DNA of 32,000 bases from Halorhodospira halophila SL1 (GTDB lineage Bacteria; Pseudomonadota; Gammaproteobacteria; Nitrococcales; Halorhodospiraceae), in the NCBI RefSeq assembly GCF_000015585.1, contig NC_008789.1, positions 2,040,001 through 2,072,000 on the forward strand, given 5' to 3'. Each line of letters starts with the position of its first letter. The stretch's first letter is position 1. Shown one piece after another: positions 31,440 to 32,000 of this stretch. The notes below the pieces were generated by a model. It was not told where the DNA came from and ran no database searches. It saw only the letters and a program-made list of their open reading frames with translations. A program made the position numbers and the translations under genes.

Positions 31440-32000
31440 CTAGTAGGAGTACGACGTCGCCAGGAACAGGGTTGCGGTGGTGCTGGTCAGGTCCTGGGCA
31501 CCGACGTTGGGGTCGTCGATAATGTAGGCCTCACCGGTGCCGTAGCTGCCGGTCACGCCCACGGAGACGGACGTGTTCTGGGTAAACCGGGTCAGGCTCA
31601 GGGAGCCACCGAATCGATCAACGCTATGGTCAAAGCCGTCGTAGGCGACCTCGTCGACATTGGAGAAGTCCGTGAACCCGCCAAGCCGGATGGCCCAGTC
31701 TGCCGTTAGGTAGTACTCGGCACCGGCCGCGAAATTGGTGACCGGCTCTCGTCCCCCGAAGCCGCTGGAGTGGATCACATCGGCGGCGAGGAGCAGACGC
31801 TGCGTCGCGAACCAGGCAGCGCCGACGCGGGTCTCGACCGGGTACGCCTCGCGCACGCTATCCTCAGTACGATCCTGGAAGGTCACGCTGCCGGATTGGC
31901 AGAAGTGATCGGCCTCGTACGCCTCAACATCGGCCCCGTGGCAGAGCGTCTGGGTGGAGTTGGTCGCATCGAAGATCTCCGTACCCCGGACGCTGACCCC
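31440..32000 (-). CDS. Outer-membrane beta-barrel protein, FadL/TodX (OMPP1)-like C-terminal part; the 5' end lies beyond the window
   Basis: I translated the frame upstream of the track's GTG (31886) and it stays open to nt 32000. AAGAEYYLTADWAIRLGGF, DRFGGSLSLTRFTQNTSVSVGVTGSY and the terminal ATLFLATSYSY parallel E. coli FadL (DRFWLSAGTTYAF..ASVDVGVSY ... AWLFGTNFNYAF). The stop is 44 nt upstream of the giant lipoprotein start. Confidence 0.55.
   Translation of the reverse strand, partial: GVSVRGTEIFDATNSTQTLCHGADVEAYEADHFCQSGSVTFQDRTEDSVREAYPVETRVGAAWFATQRLLLAADVIHSSGFGGREPVTNFAAGAEYYLTADWAIRLGGFTDFSNVDEVAYDGFDHSVDRFGGSLSLTRFTQNTSVSVGVTGSYGTGEAYIIDDPNVGAQDLTSTTATLFLATSYSY

Overview
This is a high-GC gammaproteobacterial-type chromosomal segment. 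Hand counts of single 60-nt lines give about 75-82% GC in the core genes. The strongly acidic proteins suggest a halophilic Ectothiorhodospiraceae-like organism, but that is inference only.

Most of the window is conserved housekeeping sequence:
- dinB
- a tRNA-Ser(CGA)
- a two-domain PPK2 (polyphosphate:AMP phosphotransferase)
- an MFP-RND-TolC efflux operon
- the classic smc-zipA-ligA block
- queF followed by gluQ
- two c-di-GMP turnover genes (HD-GYP, GGDEF)

Three parts look accessory or poorly understood.

1. The right-hand about 6.5 kb (about 25.5-32.0 kb) has visibly lower GC; three 60-nt lines inside the giant gene (26.6-31.4 kb) counted 53-62%, and one line each in the two barrel genes about 58-60%. 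It encodes only envelope proteins. A FadL/TodX-like outer-membrane barrel (truncated by the window end) sits 44 nt upstream of a 1,602-aa hyper-acidic predicted lipoprotein. That lipoprotein has a few Ig/PKD-like and carboxypeptidase-regulatory-like modules and an unrecognisable C-terminal half. It faces a second orphan beta-barrel gene and a TonB-dependent receptor. This is my best candidate for an undescribed system, but the function is unknown and I recognise no enzymatic or defence domains in it.

2. A complete AmmeMemoRadiSam trio (radical SAM enzyme divergent from MEMO1-like plus AMMECR1-like genes) has a perfect 17-bp palindrome in the divergent promoter. It abuts an XRE-HTH protein fused to an NBR1-type FW/Ig-like domain.

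3. An about 101-nt extended hairpin with a perfect 22-bp basal stem lies between the GGDEF gene and the XRE gene.

I found no CRISPR array, integrase, transposase, toxin-antitoxin pair or recognisable anti-phage system. The many long antisense ORFs in the track are typical high-GC artefacts.
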